Source: Candidatus Woesearchaeota archaeon (lineage in GTDB: Archaea > Nanobdellota > Nanobdellia > Woesearchaeales > GW2011-AR15). From it: DNA of 64,000 nt. The stretch's first letter is position 1. Every line of letters starts with the position of its first letter. Where the stretch lies: contig JAVZBY010000001.1 of assembly GCA_038874655.1 (NCBI GenBank), positions 231,094 through 295,093 on the forward strand, in the 5' to 3' direction. Position numbers and translations under genes: made by a program. Below are positions 1 through 9,873 of this stretch, in pieces. The notes under the pieces were generated by a model, which saw only the letters and a program-made list of their open reading frames with translations, was not told the DNA's origin and made no database searches.

Positions 1-1
1 A

Positions 2-469
2 AATAAGGATAAAGAGTTAATGGTTAATAGTTTTTTTAAAGAAGGGGAATCTGTTGATTTAAAGGCTATTACTAAAGGTAAAGGATTTCAAGGTCCAGTA
101 AAAAGATTTGGTATTTCTTTAAGACAAGTTAAATCAGAAAAATCAATTAGAAACCCAGGTTCTTTAGGACCTTGGTGTGCACAAGGGCATATAATGTATA
201 GAGTAGCACACGCTGGAAAAATGGGTTTTCACATGAGAACAGAATATAATAAACAAATAATGAAGATTATAGATGAACCCAAAGAAATAACCCCAGTAGG
301 CGGATTTTTAAATTATGGTAAAGTTAATTCACAAGTGATTTTAGTCAGAGGTTCTGTTGCTGGAGCTAGAAAAAGATTAATTATTTTTGAAAAACCTGTT
401 AGAAAATTTAGAAAAAAAGAATTACCAACAATACTAGAAATAGATATTTCAAGTAAACAAGGAAATTAA
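2..469 (+). CDS. rpl3: 50S ribosomal protein uL3, C-terminal part (gene begins before the window)
   Basis: TKGKGFQGPVKRFG, GSLGPW, AGKMGFHMRTEYNK and ITPVGGFLNYG motifs; frame open back to position 2. Confidence 0.97.
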   Translation, partial: NKDKELMVNSFFKEGESVDLKAITKGKGFQGPVKRFGISLRQVKSEKSIRNPGSLGPWCAQGHIMYRVAHAGKMGFHMRTEYNKQIMKIIDEPKEITPVGGFLNYGKVNSQVILVRGSVAGARKRLIIFEKPVRKFRKKELPTILEIDISSKQGN

Positions 470-504
470 AAAATAAATTAAAATTATTATTAAGGTTATT
501 AAAA

Positions 505-1431
505 ATGAAAGCAATATTAAAATCAAAAACAGGAGAAAAAGAAATAGAATTACCCCTACAATTTAATGAGCCTATAAGACAAGATTTGATAAAAAGAGCT
601 GTGTTAGCAATTCATTCACATAAAAGACAACCTTATGGGACAGATCCAGAGGCAGGAAAAAAACATTCTTCCAAATTATCTAGAAGAAGAAGAGATTATA
701 AAACAGCATATGGAATAGGAATTTCAAGGGTTCCTAGAAAAATTTTAAGTCATAGTGGTTCAAGATTTAATTGGGTAGCTGCAGCAGTGCCATATGCCGT
801 TGGTGGAATGCAAGCACATCCTCCTAAAGCAGAGAAAAAATGGGCACAAAAAATTAATGATAAAGAAAGAAGAAAAGCGATTAGGTCAGCAATGGCAGCA
901 TCTGTTAATAAAGAATTAGTTTTAAAAAGAGGACATAAAATAAAAGAATTAAAATACCCCTTAGTTTTAGAAGATGAAATTGAAAATATTTCCAAAGCAA
1001 AGGAAGCTTTAGAAATGTTATTATCTCTAGGATTAGAAGATGAATTGAAAAGATGCTCAAAATATACTCAAAGATCAGGAAAAGCAACAACTAGAGGAAG
1101 GACCCAAAAATCAAGAAAAGGTCCATTAATAGTTGTTTCGAAAAAATGTAATTTAATGAAAGCAGTAAGAAACATTCCTGGTGTTGATGTTGTTGAAGTA
1201 AAAAATTTGAATGCTGAATTATTGGCTCCAGGAGCTGATATTGGTAGACTAACAGTATATACAAATGCAGCTATAGAACTTTTGAAAAATGAGAATTTGT
1301 TTTTAGATAATAAATTAAAACTAGAAAATAAAATAATTTCAAAAGAAACAGAAGAAAAAAAGAAAAAAGAAACAACAAAAAATGAGAAAATAAAAAAGGA
1401 AACAAAGTCAAAAAAAATAAAGGAGAATTAA
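505..1431 (+). CDS. rpl4: 50S ribosomal protein uL4 (archaeal type, Lys/Glu-rich tail)
   Basis: GIGISRVPR, AVGGMQAHPPK, LLAPG..GRLTVYT; operon order. Confidence 0.97.
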   Translation: MKAILKSKTGEKEIELPLQFNEPIRQDLIKRAVLAIHSHKRQPYGTDPEAGKKHSSKLSRRRRDYKTAYGIGISRVPRKILSHSGSRFNWVAAAVPYAVGGMQAHPPKAEKKWAQKINDKERRKAIRSAMAASVNKELVLKRGHKIKELKYPLVLEDEIENISKAKEALEMLLSLGLEDELKRCSKYTQRSGKATTRGRTQKSRKGPLIVVSKKCNLMKAVRNIPGVDVVEVKNLNAELLAPGADIGRLTVYTNAAIELLKNENLFLDNKLKLENKIISKETEEKKKKETTKNEKIKKETKSKKIKEN

Positions 1432-1432
1432 A

Positions 1433-1687
1433 ATGTCAATAATTAAATATCCTCTATCAACAGAAAAAACAATTAGGTTAATGGAATCTAATAATACTTT
1501 GATTTTTGTAGTTGATAAAAAGGCAGACAAAAAATCAATAAAAGAAGAGTTAGAAAAATTGTATAATGTTAAAATTGAAAGTATAAACACAGTTATAGAT
1601 ACAAAAAAAAATAGAAAAAAAGCATATGTTAAATTTTCAAATGAAAGCCCTGCTATTGATTTAGCAACACAATTAGGCTTAATGTAA
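1433..1687 (+). CDS. rpl23: 50S ribosomal protein uL23
   Basis: YPLSTEK, NTLIFVVD, KKAYVKF. Confidence 0.97.
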   Translation: MSIIKYPLSTEKTIRLMESNNTLIFVVDKKADKKSIKEELEKLYNVKIESINTVIDTKKNRKKAYVKFSNESPAIDLATQLGLM

Positions 1688-1709
1688 AAAATATTAATGG
1701 TTAATTAAA

Positions 1710-2414
1710 ATGGGAAAAAACATAATTCAGCAAGCAAGAGGAAAAGGCTCTCCAACTTACAGAGCACCAAGTTTTAGATATAAAGCTAAAGTTGAGTATC
1801 CTAATCAAGCGACCACAGGACAGATAGTTGATTTAGTAAAATGTAGAGGACATTCTGCACCATTAATAAAGGTTAAATATGATTCAGGAGAAGAAAAGTT
1901 TATTGTTGCTCCTGAAGGAATAAAAGTAGGAGATAAAATTAATTTTGGAGAAAATGCTGAACCAAAAACAGGCAATACTTTATATTTAAAAGATATTCCT
2001 GTCGGAACACCTATTTTTAATATAGAAATTAACCCAGGTGATGGTGGAAAATTTGTTAGAAGTGGAGGTTGTTTTGCAAAAATTATTTCAAAAAGAGAAA
2101 ATGAAATTGTTGTAATGTTACCTTCAAAAAAAGAAAGAGTTTTTAATCCAAATTGTAGAGCAACAATAGGTGTAATTGCAAACTCCGGTAGAAAAGATAA
2201 ACCTTTCTTGAAAGCAGGTAATAGATATTATTATATGAAAGCAAGAAATAAATTATATCCAAGAGTTAAAGGTCAATCAATGAATGCTGTTGATCATCCA
2301 CATGGTACTCATAGATCATCAAGAAAAGGTCAACCAACAATAGCAGATAAAAATGCTCCACCCGGAGCAAAAGTTGGTAAAATTAGACCAAGAAGAACAG
2401 GTATGCCTAGATAG
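1710..2414 (+). CDS. rpl2: 50S ribosomal protein uL2
   Basis: QARGKGSPTYRAPS, MNAVDHPHG, PPGAKVGKIRPRRTG. Confidence 0.98.
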   Translation: MGKNIIQQARGKGSPTYRAPSFRYKAKVEYPNQATTGQIVDLVKCRGHSAPLIKVKYDSGEEKFIVAPEGIKVGDKINFGENAEPKTGNTLYLKDIPVGTPIFNIEINPGDGGKFVRSGGCFAKIISKRENEIVVMLPSKKERVFNPNCRATIGVIANSGRKDKPFLKAGNRYYYMKARNKLYPRVKGQSMNAVDHPHGTHRSSRKGQPTIADKNAPPGAKVGKIRPRRTGMPR

Positions 2415-2448
2415 GCTTATAATTAATAAATAATAATAAGGGTTTAAA

Positions 2449-2829
2449 ATGGCCAAAGAATTAACATACAAAGGAAAAACAATTGAAGAATTAAAAAAGA
2501 TGACATTATCCGATTTTATGAATTTAATTCCTAGTAGAGTAAGAAGAAGTTTAAAAAGAGGTTTAACAGATGAACAAAAGAAATTAATGGAAAAAATAAA
2601 AAATAATGATAGTGATATAAAAACACATGCTCGTGATATGGTTATTATTCCAGAAATGTTAGGAAAAACAATAAAAGTGTATAATGGAAAAGAATATGTT
2701 CCAGTTATAATAACTGAAGAGATGTTAGGTCATTTTTTAGGTGAGTTTTCATTAACAAGAAAAAGAGTTATGCACAACGCACCAGGTGTTGGTGCAACTA
2801 AGAGTAGTGCAAGTGTTTCAGTTAGATAA
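2449..2829 (+). CDS. rps19: 30S ribosomal protein uS19
   Basis: [31 protein letters not shown]. Confidence 0.98.
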   Translation: MAKELTYKGKTIEELKKMTLSDFMNLIPSRVRRSLKRGLTDEQKKLMEKIKNNDSDIKTHARDMVIIPEMLGKTIKVYNGKEYVPVIITEEMLGHFLGEFSLTRKRVMHNAPGVGATKSSASVSVR

Positions 2830-2842
2830 ATAAGGTGTTAAA

Positions 2843-3304
2843 ATGAAGTTTAAATATTCCTTTCAAGAAGAAGAAAATGATAATATGGCTAAAGCTTATG
2901 GTAGAGATTTGTCTATTAGCACAAAAAAAGCAGTAGAAATTTGTAATTTTTTAAGAGGTAAAAAATTAGAATATGCAAAAAATTTTTTAAATAGAGTTAT
3001 TGATTTAAAAGCAGCAGTTCCAATGAAGAGATATAATAGGGATACAGCACATAAGAAGGGAATAGGTCCAGGAAGATTTCCGGTTAAAGCAGCAAAAGAA
3101 ATTTTATTTGTTTTAAAAAGTGCAGAATCTAATGCAGTTAATAAAGGTTTAAGTTCAAAAGATTTATTTATTTATCATATTGTTGCAAATAAAGCAGCAA
3201 GACCATGGCATTTTGGTAGAAAAAGAAGACAAAAAATGAAAAGAACACATGTTGAAGTTATATTACTAGAAAAAAAGGTTAATACAGAAAATAAAAAGGT
3301 ATAA
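2843..3304 (+). CDS. rpl22: 50S ribosomal protein uL22
   Basis: ISTKKAVEICNFLRG, GRFPVKAA, THVEVIL. Confidence 0.97.
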   Translation: MKFKYSFQEEENDNMAKAYGRDLSISTKKAVEICNFLRGKKLEYAKNFLNRVIDLKAAVPMKRYNRDTAHKKGIGPGRFPVKAAKEILFVLKSAESNAVNKGLSSKDLFIYHIVANKAARPWHFGRKRRQKMKRTHVEVILLEKKVNTENKKV

Positions 3305-3306
3305 AA

Positions 3307-4023
3307 ATGATAGAAAGAGATTTTATATCAAGAAATAAAACTGAGTATCAAATTCAAGAATTCGTAAAAGAAAATTTAAAAGGCGTAGGTTTAAGTCATG
3401 TTAAAGTACAAAGAACACCCTTAGGAGAAAAAATAGTTATTTATGCATCTAGACCTGGTTTGATCATAGGTGGTGGCGGAAATAACATAAAAAAGCTTAC
3501 AAAGCAATTAAAGAAGAAATTTAATTTGGAGAATCCGCAAATAGAGATAAGTGAAATTACAGATGTTAATTTAATAGCAGCTGTTGTAGCAGAAAGAATT
3601 GCTATAGCATTAGAGAAATTCGGAACTATGAGATTTAAAGGAATTGGACATAAAGCAATGGCAGATGTAATGAATGCGGGTGCAAGAGGTGTAGAAATTA
3701 TAATTTCAGGAAAAATACCAAGTGCAAGAGCTAGATCATGGAGGTTTTATCAAGGATATTTAAAAAAATGTGGACAACCAGCATTGGATTTAGTAGATAC
3801 AGCATATGCAATTGCAAAATTAAAATCAGGAATAGTAGGGATAAAAGTAAGTATAATGCCACCAAATGTTAGATTGCCTGATGATGTAGAATTAAAAGAT
3901 GAACAAACATTAGTAATGCAAGAAGCAAAAACAGAAGAATTAGATAATTTAGCAGATAAAAAAACAGAAGAAAAAATTGAAGAAGAAAAACCAAAAAAAC
4001 AGAAAAGATCAAAAAAAGAATAA
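3307..4023 (+). CDS. rps3: 30S ribosomal protein uS3
   Basis: KH domain RPGLIIGGGG, GARGVEIIISGK, GIVGIKVSI. Confidence 0.98.
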   Translation: MIERDFISRNKTEYQIQEFVKENLKGVGLSHVKVQRTPLGEKIVIYASRPGLIIGGGGNNIKKLTKQLKKKFNLENPQIEISEITDVNLIAAVVAERIAIALEKFGTMRFKGIGHKAMADVMNAGARGVEIIISGKIPSARARSWRFYQGYLKKCGQPALDLVDTAYAIAKLKSGIVGIKVSIMPPNVRLPDDVELKDEQTLVMQEAKTEELDNLADKKTEEKIEEEKPKKQKRSKKE

Positions 4024-4033
4024 AGTGTGAAAA

Positions 4034-4219
4034 ATGAAAACAAAGGATTTATTTTCAAAATCAAAAGAAGAACTAGAATCACAATTAGTTGAATTAAAAA
4101 AGGAGTTGATTAAATTAAATGCTCAAGTTGCTACAGGAACAAATTTAAAAAGTCCTGGGCAAGTTAGTAAAATAAAAAAAAATATTGCTAAAATATTAAC
4201 AGTATTAAAAAGAAAATGA
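4034..4219 (+). CDS. rpl29: 50S ribosomal protein uL29
   Basis: LKKELIKL..PGQVSKIKKNIAKILT; position after rps3. Confidence 0.95.
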   Translation: MKTKDLFSKSKEELESQLVELKKELIKLNAQVATGTNLKSPGQVSKIKKNIAKILTVLKRK

Positions 4220-4527
4220 ATATATGTAATACATGTGGTTTGCCAAAAGAACTTTGTGTATGTGAAAATATAGCAAAAGAAACACAACAAGTAATTATAA
4301 AATTGGTAAAAAAGAAGTTTGGGAAAAAAAATACAGTTGTAGAAGGGATTGACGCTAAACAAATTGATGTGAAGGATTTAACAAAAAAATTAAAGAATAT
4401 GTTGGCATGCGGAGGAACATTTAAAGAGGGCAGAATTGAATTGCAGGGAGAGCATGTCAATAAAGTTAAAGAAGAACTTATAAAACTTGGATTTCCTCCG
4501 GAAACAATCCAAGTTGTTTATGAATAG
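4216..4527 (+). CDS. sui1: Translation initiation factor aIF1 (SUI1/YciH family)
   Basis: CxxCGLPKELCVCE zinc knuckle, LACGGT, IELQGEH; standard archaeal position. Confidence 0.95.
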   Translation: MNICNTCGLPKELCVCENIAKETQQVIIKLVKKKFGKKNTVVEGIDAKQIDVKDLTKKLKNMLACGGTFKEGRIELQGEHVNKVKEELIKLGFPPETIQVVYE

Positions 4528-4544
4528 TTGTGTAATAAGTTGAT

Positions 4545-4760
4545 ATGTTTAAAGATATTATAATTGGTGAAAAAGTAATAATCCTTTATAATAAAAAAAA
4601 TTATGATGCAATTATAATTGACGAAACAAAAAATACATTAAAAGCATTAGTAAGGAATAAGAAACTTACATTTTTGAAAAAATCGTCAATTATAAAAATA
4701 AATAATAAAACCATTCATGGGAAAGATATATTAAAAAGACCTGAAGATAGGATAAAATAA
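4545..4760 (+). CDS. rnp1: Ribonuclease P protein subunit Rpp29/POP4 (short form)
   Basis: IIDETKNTL and C-terminal GKDILKRPEDRIK; conserved position between sui1 and rps17. Confidence 0.85.
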   Translation: MFKDIIIGEKVIILYNKKNYDAIIIDETKNTLKALVRNKKLTFLKKSSIIKINNKTIHGKDILKRPEDRIK

Positions 4761-4761
4761 A

Positions 4762-5022
4762 ATGAAACAGACAAAAATTAAAACAAGAGGAAGAACATTC
4801 ATAGGCGAAGTTATCAGTGCAAAAGCACAAAGAACTGTTACTGTGCAATGGCTTAGAAGAGTTTATGTTCCTAAATATGAGAGATATTATCAAAAAAAGA
4901 GTAAGGTAAAAGCACATAATCCTGACGAGATAAGTGCAAAAGAAGGAGATAAAGTAGTTATTAAAGAATGCAGACCTATAAGTAAAACAAAAAAATTTGT
5001 TGTTGTTGAGGTTTTAAAATGA
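4762..5022 (+). CDS. rps17: 30S ribosomal protein uS17
   Basis: [31 protein letters not shown]. Confidence 0.97.
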   Translation: MKQTKIKTRGRTFIGEVISAKAQRTVTVQWLRRVYVPKYERYYQKKSKVKAHNPDEISAKEGDKVVIKECRPISKTKKFVVVEVLK

Positions 5023-5420
5023 AAGCAGTTAAAGCAAAAATAGTTAGAGGTTTGCCTGTTGGAGCAGAAATTCCAACATGTGATAATTCAGGAGCCAAAA
5101 CAATAGAAATAATCTCTGTTTTAGGATACAAAGGAGTAAAAAGAAGGAAACCTGCTGCAGGCGTAGGAGATTTAGTTAGGGCAGCAGTTAAAAAAGGTAA
5201 ACCAGATATGATGAAACAGATGGTTTATGCAATAATTGTAAGACAGAAAAAAGAATATAGAAGACCTAATGGTATGAGGGTTAAATTTGAAGATAATGCA
5301 GCAGTTGTTTTAAAAGATGATAAAGGTAATCCAAAAGGAACAATTTTTAAAGGACCTATAGCAAAAGAAGCCACAGAAAGATGGCCTGCTGTTGCAAAAG
5401 TGGCTAGCATAATATTATAA
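5019..5420 (+). CDS. rpl14: 50S ribosomal protein uL14
   Basis: [23 protein letters not shown]. Confidence 0.98.
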   Translation: MKAVKAKIVRGLPVGAEIPTCDNSGAKTIEIISVLGYKGVKRRKPAAGVGDLVRAAVKKGKPDMMKQMVYAIIVRQKKEYRRPNGMRVKFEDNAAVVLKDDKGNPKGTIFKGPIAKEATERWPAVAKVASIIL

Positions 5421-5437
5421 AAAAATAGTGAGGCAAA

Positions 5438-5806
5438 ATGTCAAATTTTTCAACATCATGGAAATCTAGTAAAAAACCAAAAAAACAAAGAAAATTTTTG
5501 TTAAATGCACCTCTTCATGTAAGAAGCAAGTTTTTAAGAGCACATTTATCAGACGAACTTATAAAAAAAATAGGTAAAAAGACATTACGAGTAAGAAAAG
5601 AAGATAAAGTCAAAGTGATGAAGGGACAATTTAAAGGAATTGTTGGAAAAGTGGAAAGAGTTGACACCAAAAAGTCAAAGGTTTATATTACAGGAGTTGA
5701 AATACAAAAGAAAGATGGTACTAAAGTTAAGTATCCTATACATGTATCTAACATAATGATAACTGAACTTTACACATCAGATAAACAAAGAATAAAAAAA
5801 GATTAA
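5438..5806 (+). CDS. rpl24: 50S ribosomal protein uL24
   Basis: SSKKPKKQRK, APLHVR, KOW-type DKVKVMKGQFKG, PIHVSNIMITEL. Confidence 0.97.
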   Translation: MSNFSTSWKSSKKPKKQRKFLLNAPLHVRSKFLRAHLSDELIKKIGKKTLRVRKEDKVKVMKGQFKGIVGKVERVDTKKSKVYITGVEIQKKDGTKVKYPIHVSNIMITELYTSDKQRIKKD

Positions 5807-5817
5807 GAGGATAAAAG

Positions 5818-6507
5818 ATGAAAAGACATCTAAAAGCAATTACTGTTCCTAAAACATGGCCAATAAAAAGAAAAGGTATAAAATTTGTAGTTAGACCTTT
5901 TCCAAGTAAGAAATTTAGTTATAGTATGCCCTTATCTTTAGTTTTTAAGGCATTATTGAAATATTGTAAAACAAATAAAGAAGTTAAGACTATTTTAAGA
6001 GATAAAGAAATATTAGTTGATGGAAGAAGAAAAAAAGATATTAAAGATTTATTAGGTTTTATGGATGTTTTATCAATTCCTGTAGCAAATGAAAATTACA
6101 GGATGTTATTAAATCGTTTTAATAAATTGTCTTTAATACAAATAGATGATCAAGAATCTAAGTTTAAAATTGTTAAGATAATTGGTAAAACAACATTAAA
6201 AAATGGAAAAATGCAATTAAATTTGTTTGATAGTAGAAATATTTTAGTTGATAATAACGATGAATATAAAGTTGGAGATTCGTTGAAAATTGAATTACCA
6301 AGTCAAAAAATATTAGCGCATTATAAATTAGATAAAGGAGCATATGTCTATATTATTTCAGGGAAACACGCAGGTAGTTATGGTGTTATATCTAAATTAG
6401 ATAATAATAATTTTTATGTTAAATCAAATGACGAAGAATATTTAGTTAATAAAGAAAGCCTTTATGTCATAGGCAAAGAAAAATCAGAAATAAAACTTAT
6501 TGAATAA
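5818..6507 (+). CDS. rps4e: 30S ribosomal protein eS4
   Basis: HLKAITVPKTWPIKRK, GFMDVLSI, SGKHAG. Confidence 0.95.
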   Translation: MKRHLKAITVPKTWPIKRKGIKFVVRPFPSKKFSYSMPLSLVFKALLKYCKTNKEVKTILRDKEILVDGRRKKDIKDLLGFMDVLSIPVANENYRMLLNRFNKLSLIQIDDQESKFKIVKIIGKTTLKNGKMQLNLFDSRNILVDNNDEYKVGDSLKIELPSQKILAHYKLDKGAYVYIISGKHAGSYGVISKLDNNNFYVKSNDEEYLVNKESLYVIGKEKSEIKLIE

Positions 6508-6518
6508 GTGATGATTAA

Positions 6519-7031
6519 ATGAATCCAATGAAACAAATAAAAATTGAAAAACTTACTTTTAATGTAGGTGCAGGTACAAACCAAGAATTGTTAAAAAAAG
6601 GAATGAAATTAATTAAAAATTTAACTGGGAAAGAACCAGTTAAAACAATTACTAATAAAAGAATTCCAACATGGGGTATTAGACCTGGTTTGCCAATTGG
6701 TTGTAAATTGACAATTAGAAATAAAGAGGAAATTGATAACTTACTAAAAAGATTGTTAGCTGCAAAGGAAAATAAATTAAAAAGGAGTAATTTTGACAAA
6801 GATGGTAATTTATCCTTTGGGATCCATGAATATATAAATGTTCCTGGATTGGAGTATGATGCAGAAATTGGAATTATAGGATTTGAAGTAACAGCAACTG
6901 TTTCCAGGCCAGGATATAGGGTTAAATATAGAAGAAAATGTCCATCAAAAATAGGAAAAAAACATAAAATTACAAAAGAAGAGAGCATAGCTTTTTTTAA
7001 AGAAAGATATAATGTTATTGTGGAGGAATAA
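6519..7031 (+). CDS. rpl5: 50S ribosomal protein uL5
   Basis: NPMKQIKIEKL, WGIRPGLPIGCKLTIR, FDKDGNLSFGI. Confidence 0.98.
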   Translation: MNPMKQIKIEKLTFNVGAGTNQELLKKGMKLIKNLTGKEPVKTITNKRIPTWGIRPGLPIGCKLTIRNKEEIDNLLKRLLAAKENKLKRSNFDKDGNLSFGIHEYINVPGLEYDAEIGIIGFEVTATVSRPGYRVKYRRKCPSKIGKKHKITKEESIAFFKERYNVIVEE

Positions 7032-7033
7032 TT

Positions 7034-7270
7034 ATGACAACATCTGATCCTAATAAGATGCTTAAACAGCTATCAAAAAAACCTCAAAAAATGAAAAGAT
7101 TTAGAAAGTATAATTTACCAAAACAAAGGTCTTGTGGAAGGCAAACATCAAAATGTATAAGATGTGGTAGAACAGGTGTTGGTGGTTTTGTAGGACAATA
7201 TAATTTAAGATATTGTAGGTGCTGTTTTAGAGAAATAGCTACTGAAATAGGTTTTAAGAAGTATAATTAA
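7034..7270 (+). CDS. rps14: 30S ribosomal protein uS14 (Zn-binding, N-terminally extended)
   Basis: CIRCG...CRCCFREIATEIGFKKY. Confidence 0.95.
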   Translation: MTTSDPNKMLKQLSKKPQKMKRFRKYNLPKQRSCGRQTSKCIRCGRTGVGGFVGQYNLRYCRCCFREIATEIGFKKYN

Positions 7271-7283
7271 AAAGGTTGTTAAA

Positions 7284-7676
7284 ATGGTATTAAATGATCC
7301 CTTATCAAATGTGCTTTCAAGCATTAATACAGCAGAAAAGAAAGGTAAAAAGGTTGTTTTTGTTAAGAATAACTCCAAATTAATTAGAAATGTGTTAAAC
7401 ATAATGACAAAAAATAATTATTTGGGAGAAGTTAAAGAGCACAAAGATGATAAAGGTGGTTATTTAGAAATAAACTTGATAGGAAATATTAATAGTGTAG
7501 GTGTTATAAAACCTAGATATAAATCAAAAGTTGAAGAATATAAAAAATTTGAAAAGAGATATCTGCCAGCTTTTGGGTTTGGTTTTTTAATTGTTTCAAC
7601 AAATAAAGGTTTAATGACACATGAAGAAGCAATTAAAAATAATTTAGGAGGAAGATTAATAGCATATGTTTATTGA
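7284..7676 (+). CDS. rps8: 30S ribosomal protein uS8
   Basis: DPLSNVLS, GVIKPRY, EKRYLPA, STNKGLMTHEEA, GGRLIAYVY. Confidence 0.98.
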   Translation: MVLNDPLSNVLSSINTAEKKGKKVVFVKNNSKLIRNVLNIMTKNNYLGEVKEHKDDKGGYLEINLIGNINSVGVIKPRYKSKVEEYKKFEKRYLPAFGFGFLIVSTNKGLMTHEEAIKNNLGGRLIAYVY

Positions 7677-7709
7677 TTATTATTAATTTTTATATTTAAA
7701 GGGTTAAAA

Positions 7710-8255
7710 ATGGTAAAAAAAGATTTACATGAAATTGTAAAAATTCCACAAGGTATAAATGTTAGTAAAGAAGGAGATTTTTTTATATTTAAAAATCAAA
7801 AATCCACAATAAAAAAGAAATTTATTAATCCAAGAATAAAAATTGATATAAAAAATGGAGAGATAGAATTATTTTGTAAATCTGCAGATAAAAAGGATAA
7901 GGCAACCTTTCAATCATATATAGTACATTTAAACAATATTTTTGCTGGTTTAAAAGAACCATATAAATACACATTAAAAGTTTGTTCAGGTCATTTTCCA
8001 ATGAATGTAAGTATTGTTAATGGTGTTTTGATTGTTAAAAACTTTTTAGGAGAAAAAATTCCAAGACAATTAAAGTTAAAAGAGAATGTAAATGTTAAAG
8101 TTGATGGAAATTTAATTTATGTTGAAAGTCCAGATAAAGAGTTAGCAGGTCAGGTAGCTGCAGATATAGAAAGAGTTACTAGAAGACCTGGCTTTGATAG
8201 AAGAATATTTCAAGATGGTATTTATATAATTGAAAAAGCAGGTAAAGAAATTTAG
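7710..8255 (+). CDS. rpl6: 50S ribosomal protein uL6
   Basis: HFPMNV, NFLGEKIPR, DRRIFQDGIYI. Confidence 0.98.
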   Translation: MVKKDLHEIVKIPQGINVSKEGDFFIFKNQKSTIKKKFINPRIKIDIKNGEIELFCKSADKKDKATFQSYIVHLNNIFAGLKEPYKYTLKVCSGHFPMNVSIVNGVLIVKNFLGEKIPRQLKLKENVNVKVDGNLIYVESPDKELAGQVAADIERVTRRPGFDRRIFQDGIYIIEKAGKEI

Positions 8256-8305
8256 TTTTAAAAATAATTATATGATACTGATTTTATAAATAATGGAGAC
8301 CTAAA

Positions 8306-8863
8306 ATGGATAAAAAATTATTAGACTTTAAAAATAAAAAAAAATCAAAAAATCCTAAGTTTATTAGGCAAGATGCTTATAAAAAAAAGAGAATCACACT
8401 CGGTTGGAGAAAACCTAGGGGTTGGGATTCAAAACAAAGAAAGAGAATGCAGAGACAAGCAATAGTTGAACCAGGTTATGGAAGTCCAAAAGAGTTAAGA
8501 GGAGTACATAAATCAGGATTAAAAATAGTTTATGTGTCAAATTTAGAAGATATTAAAAAAATAAACCCTAAAGAAGAAGGGGTAATTTTAAGTAAAGTTG
8601 GTTTGAAGAAAAAATTGATGCTTATTGAAGAATTAATAAAAAACAATATTACAATCTTAAATATAAAAGAACCTCAGAAATATTTAGAATTGAAGAAAAA
8701 ACAGTTAGAAGATAAAAAGAAAAAAAGTGAGGAAAAGAAAGAAAAAACAAAAGAAACAAAACCAGAGTCAAAAAAAGAATCTATAGAAGAAAAATTAAGT
8801 GATGAGGAAAGAAAAAAATTAGAGAAAGAAGAAATAGATAGATTATTAACAAAGAAATTTTAA
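8306..8863 (+). CDS. rpl32e: 50S ribosomal protein eL32 with charged C-terminal extension
   Basis: PKFIRQD, WRKPRGWDSKQR, GYGSP..RGVHKSG. Confidence 0.95.
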   Translation: MDKKLLDFKNKKKSKNPKFIRQDAYKKKRITLGWRKPRGWDSKQRKRMQRQAIVEPGYGSPKELRGVHKSGLKIVYVSNLEDIKKINPKEEGVILSKVGLKKKLMLIEELIKNNITILNIKEPQKYLELKKKQLEDKKKKSEEKKEKTKETKPESKKESIEEKLSDEERKKLEKEEIDRLLTKKF

Positions 8864-8906
8864 TTTTGATAAAATTTTAAAAATGATTATGAGATGATGA
8901 TGTAAA

Positions 8907-9356
8907 ATGAAACCAATTCAAAAAAGATTAGCAGCAAAGATTACAAAAAGATCAGTAAAAAAAATTAAATTTGATCCTTTAAAAATTAATAAAATAAAAG
9001 AAGCAATTACAAGAGCAGATGTTAAATCTTTAATAAAGGATAATGCAATTATTATTGAAAAAGATAAAGGAATCTCAAAAGCAAGGATAAGAAAAGCAAA
9101 AAAACAAAGAGCAAAAGGTAGAAGAATAGGGCCCGGTTCAAGAAAAGGAAAAGCTACAGCGAGAAATAATCCAAAAAGGGCGTGGATAAATAAAATGAGA
9201 TTGCAAAGAAGTTTTTTAAAAAATTTAAAAGAAAAAGGTAAAATAACAAATGATGTTTATAAAGATTTATATTTAAAATCAAAAGGTGGATTTTTTAGAA
9301 GCAAAAGACATATTAAATTATATTTAACTGAGAAAAAATTAATAAAGACTGATTAA
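8907..9356 (+). CDS. rpl19e: 50S ribosomal protein eL19
   Basis: QKRLAAK, AITRADVK, GPGSRKG, YLKSKGGFF. Confidence 0.97.
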   Translation: MKPIQKRLAAKITKRSVKKIKFDPLKINKIKEAITRADVKSLIKDNAIIIEKDKGISKARIRKAKKQRAKGRRIGPGSRKGKATARNNPKRAWINKMRLQRSFLKNLKEKGKITNDVYKDLYLKSKGGFFRSKRHIKLYLTEKKLIKTD

Positions 9357-9357
9357 A

Positions 9358-9852
9358 ATGAGAAAAAAATTATATACTGTTCCTTATAGAAGAAAAAGAG
9401 AAGGGAAAACAGATTATAGAAAGAGATTAATAATTTTAAAATCTAAATTGCCTAGATTAGTTATTAGAAAATCTAATAAGCATATGTTAGCTCAGATCAT
9501 AGTTTTTAATGAAACAGGAGATAAAGTTTTGTATTCAGCAAATACAAAAGAATTAAATAAATATGGTTGGGATAAAAGTACAAGTAATATTCCAAGTGCT
9601 TATTTAGTTGGATTATTAATAGCAAAAAAGGCATTAAAAGATAATGACGAGCTAGAGGTTGTTGTAGATTTAGGATTACAAGCACCAATAAAGGGTTCAA
9701 AATTATTTGCTGTTGTTAAAGGTGCATCAGATGGTGGTTTAAAAATAAATTATTCAGAAGAAGTTGTTCCAAAAGAAGAAAGATTATTTGGAGAACATAT
9801 ATCTCTAAAAGATTTAGTATTGAAAGTTAAAGATAAAATCTTAAATCAATAA
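9358..9852 (+). CDS. rpl18: 50S ribosomal protein uL18
   Basis: RRKREGKTDYRKRL, PRLVIRKSNK, NIPSAYLVGLL. Confidence 0.97.
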   Translation: MRKKLYTVPYRRKREGKTDYRKRLIILKSKLPRLVIRKSNKHMLAQIIVFNETGDKVLYSANTKELNKYGWDKSTSNIPSAYLVGLLIAKKALKDNDELEVVVDLGLQAPIKGSKLFAVVKGASDGGLKINYSEEVVPKEERLFGEHISLKDLVLKVKDKILNQ

Positions 9853-9873
9853 AAATTTAATTGAATGATAAAA

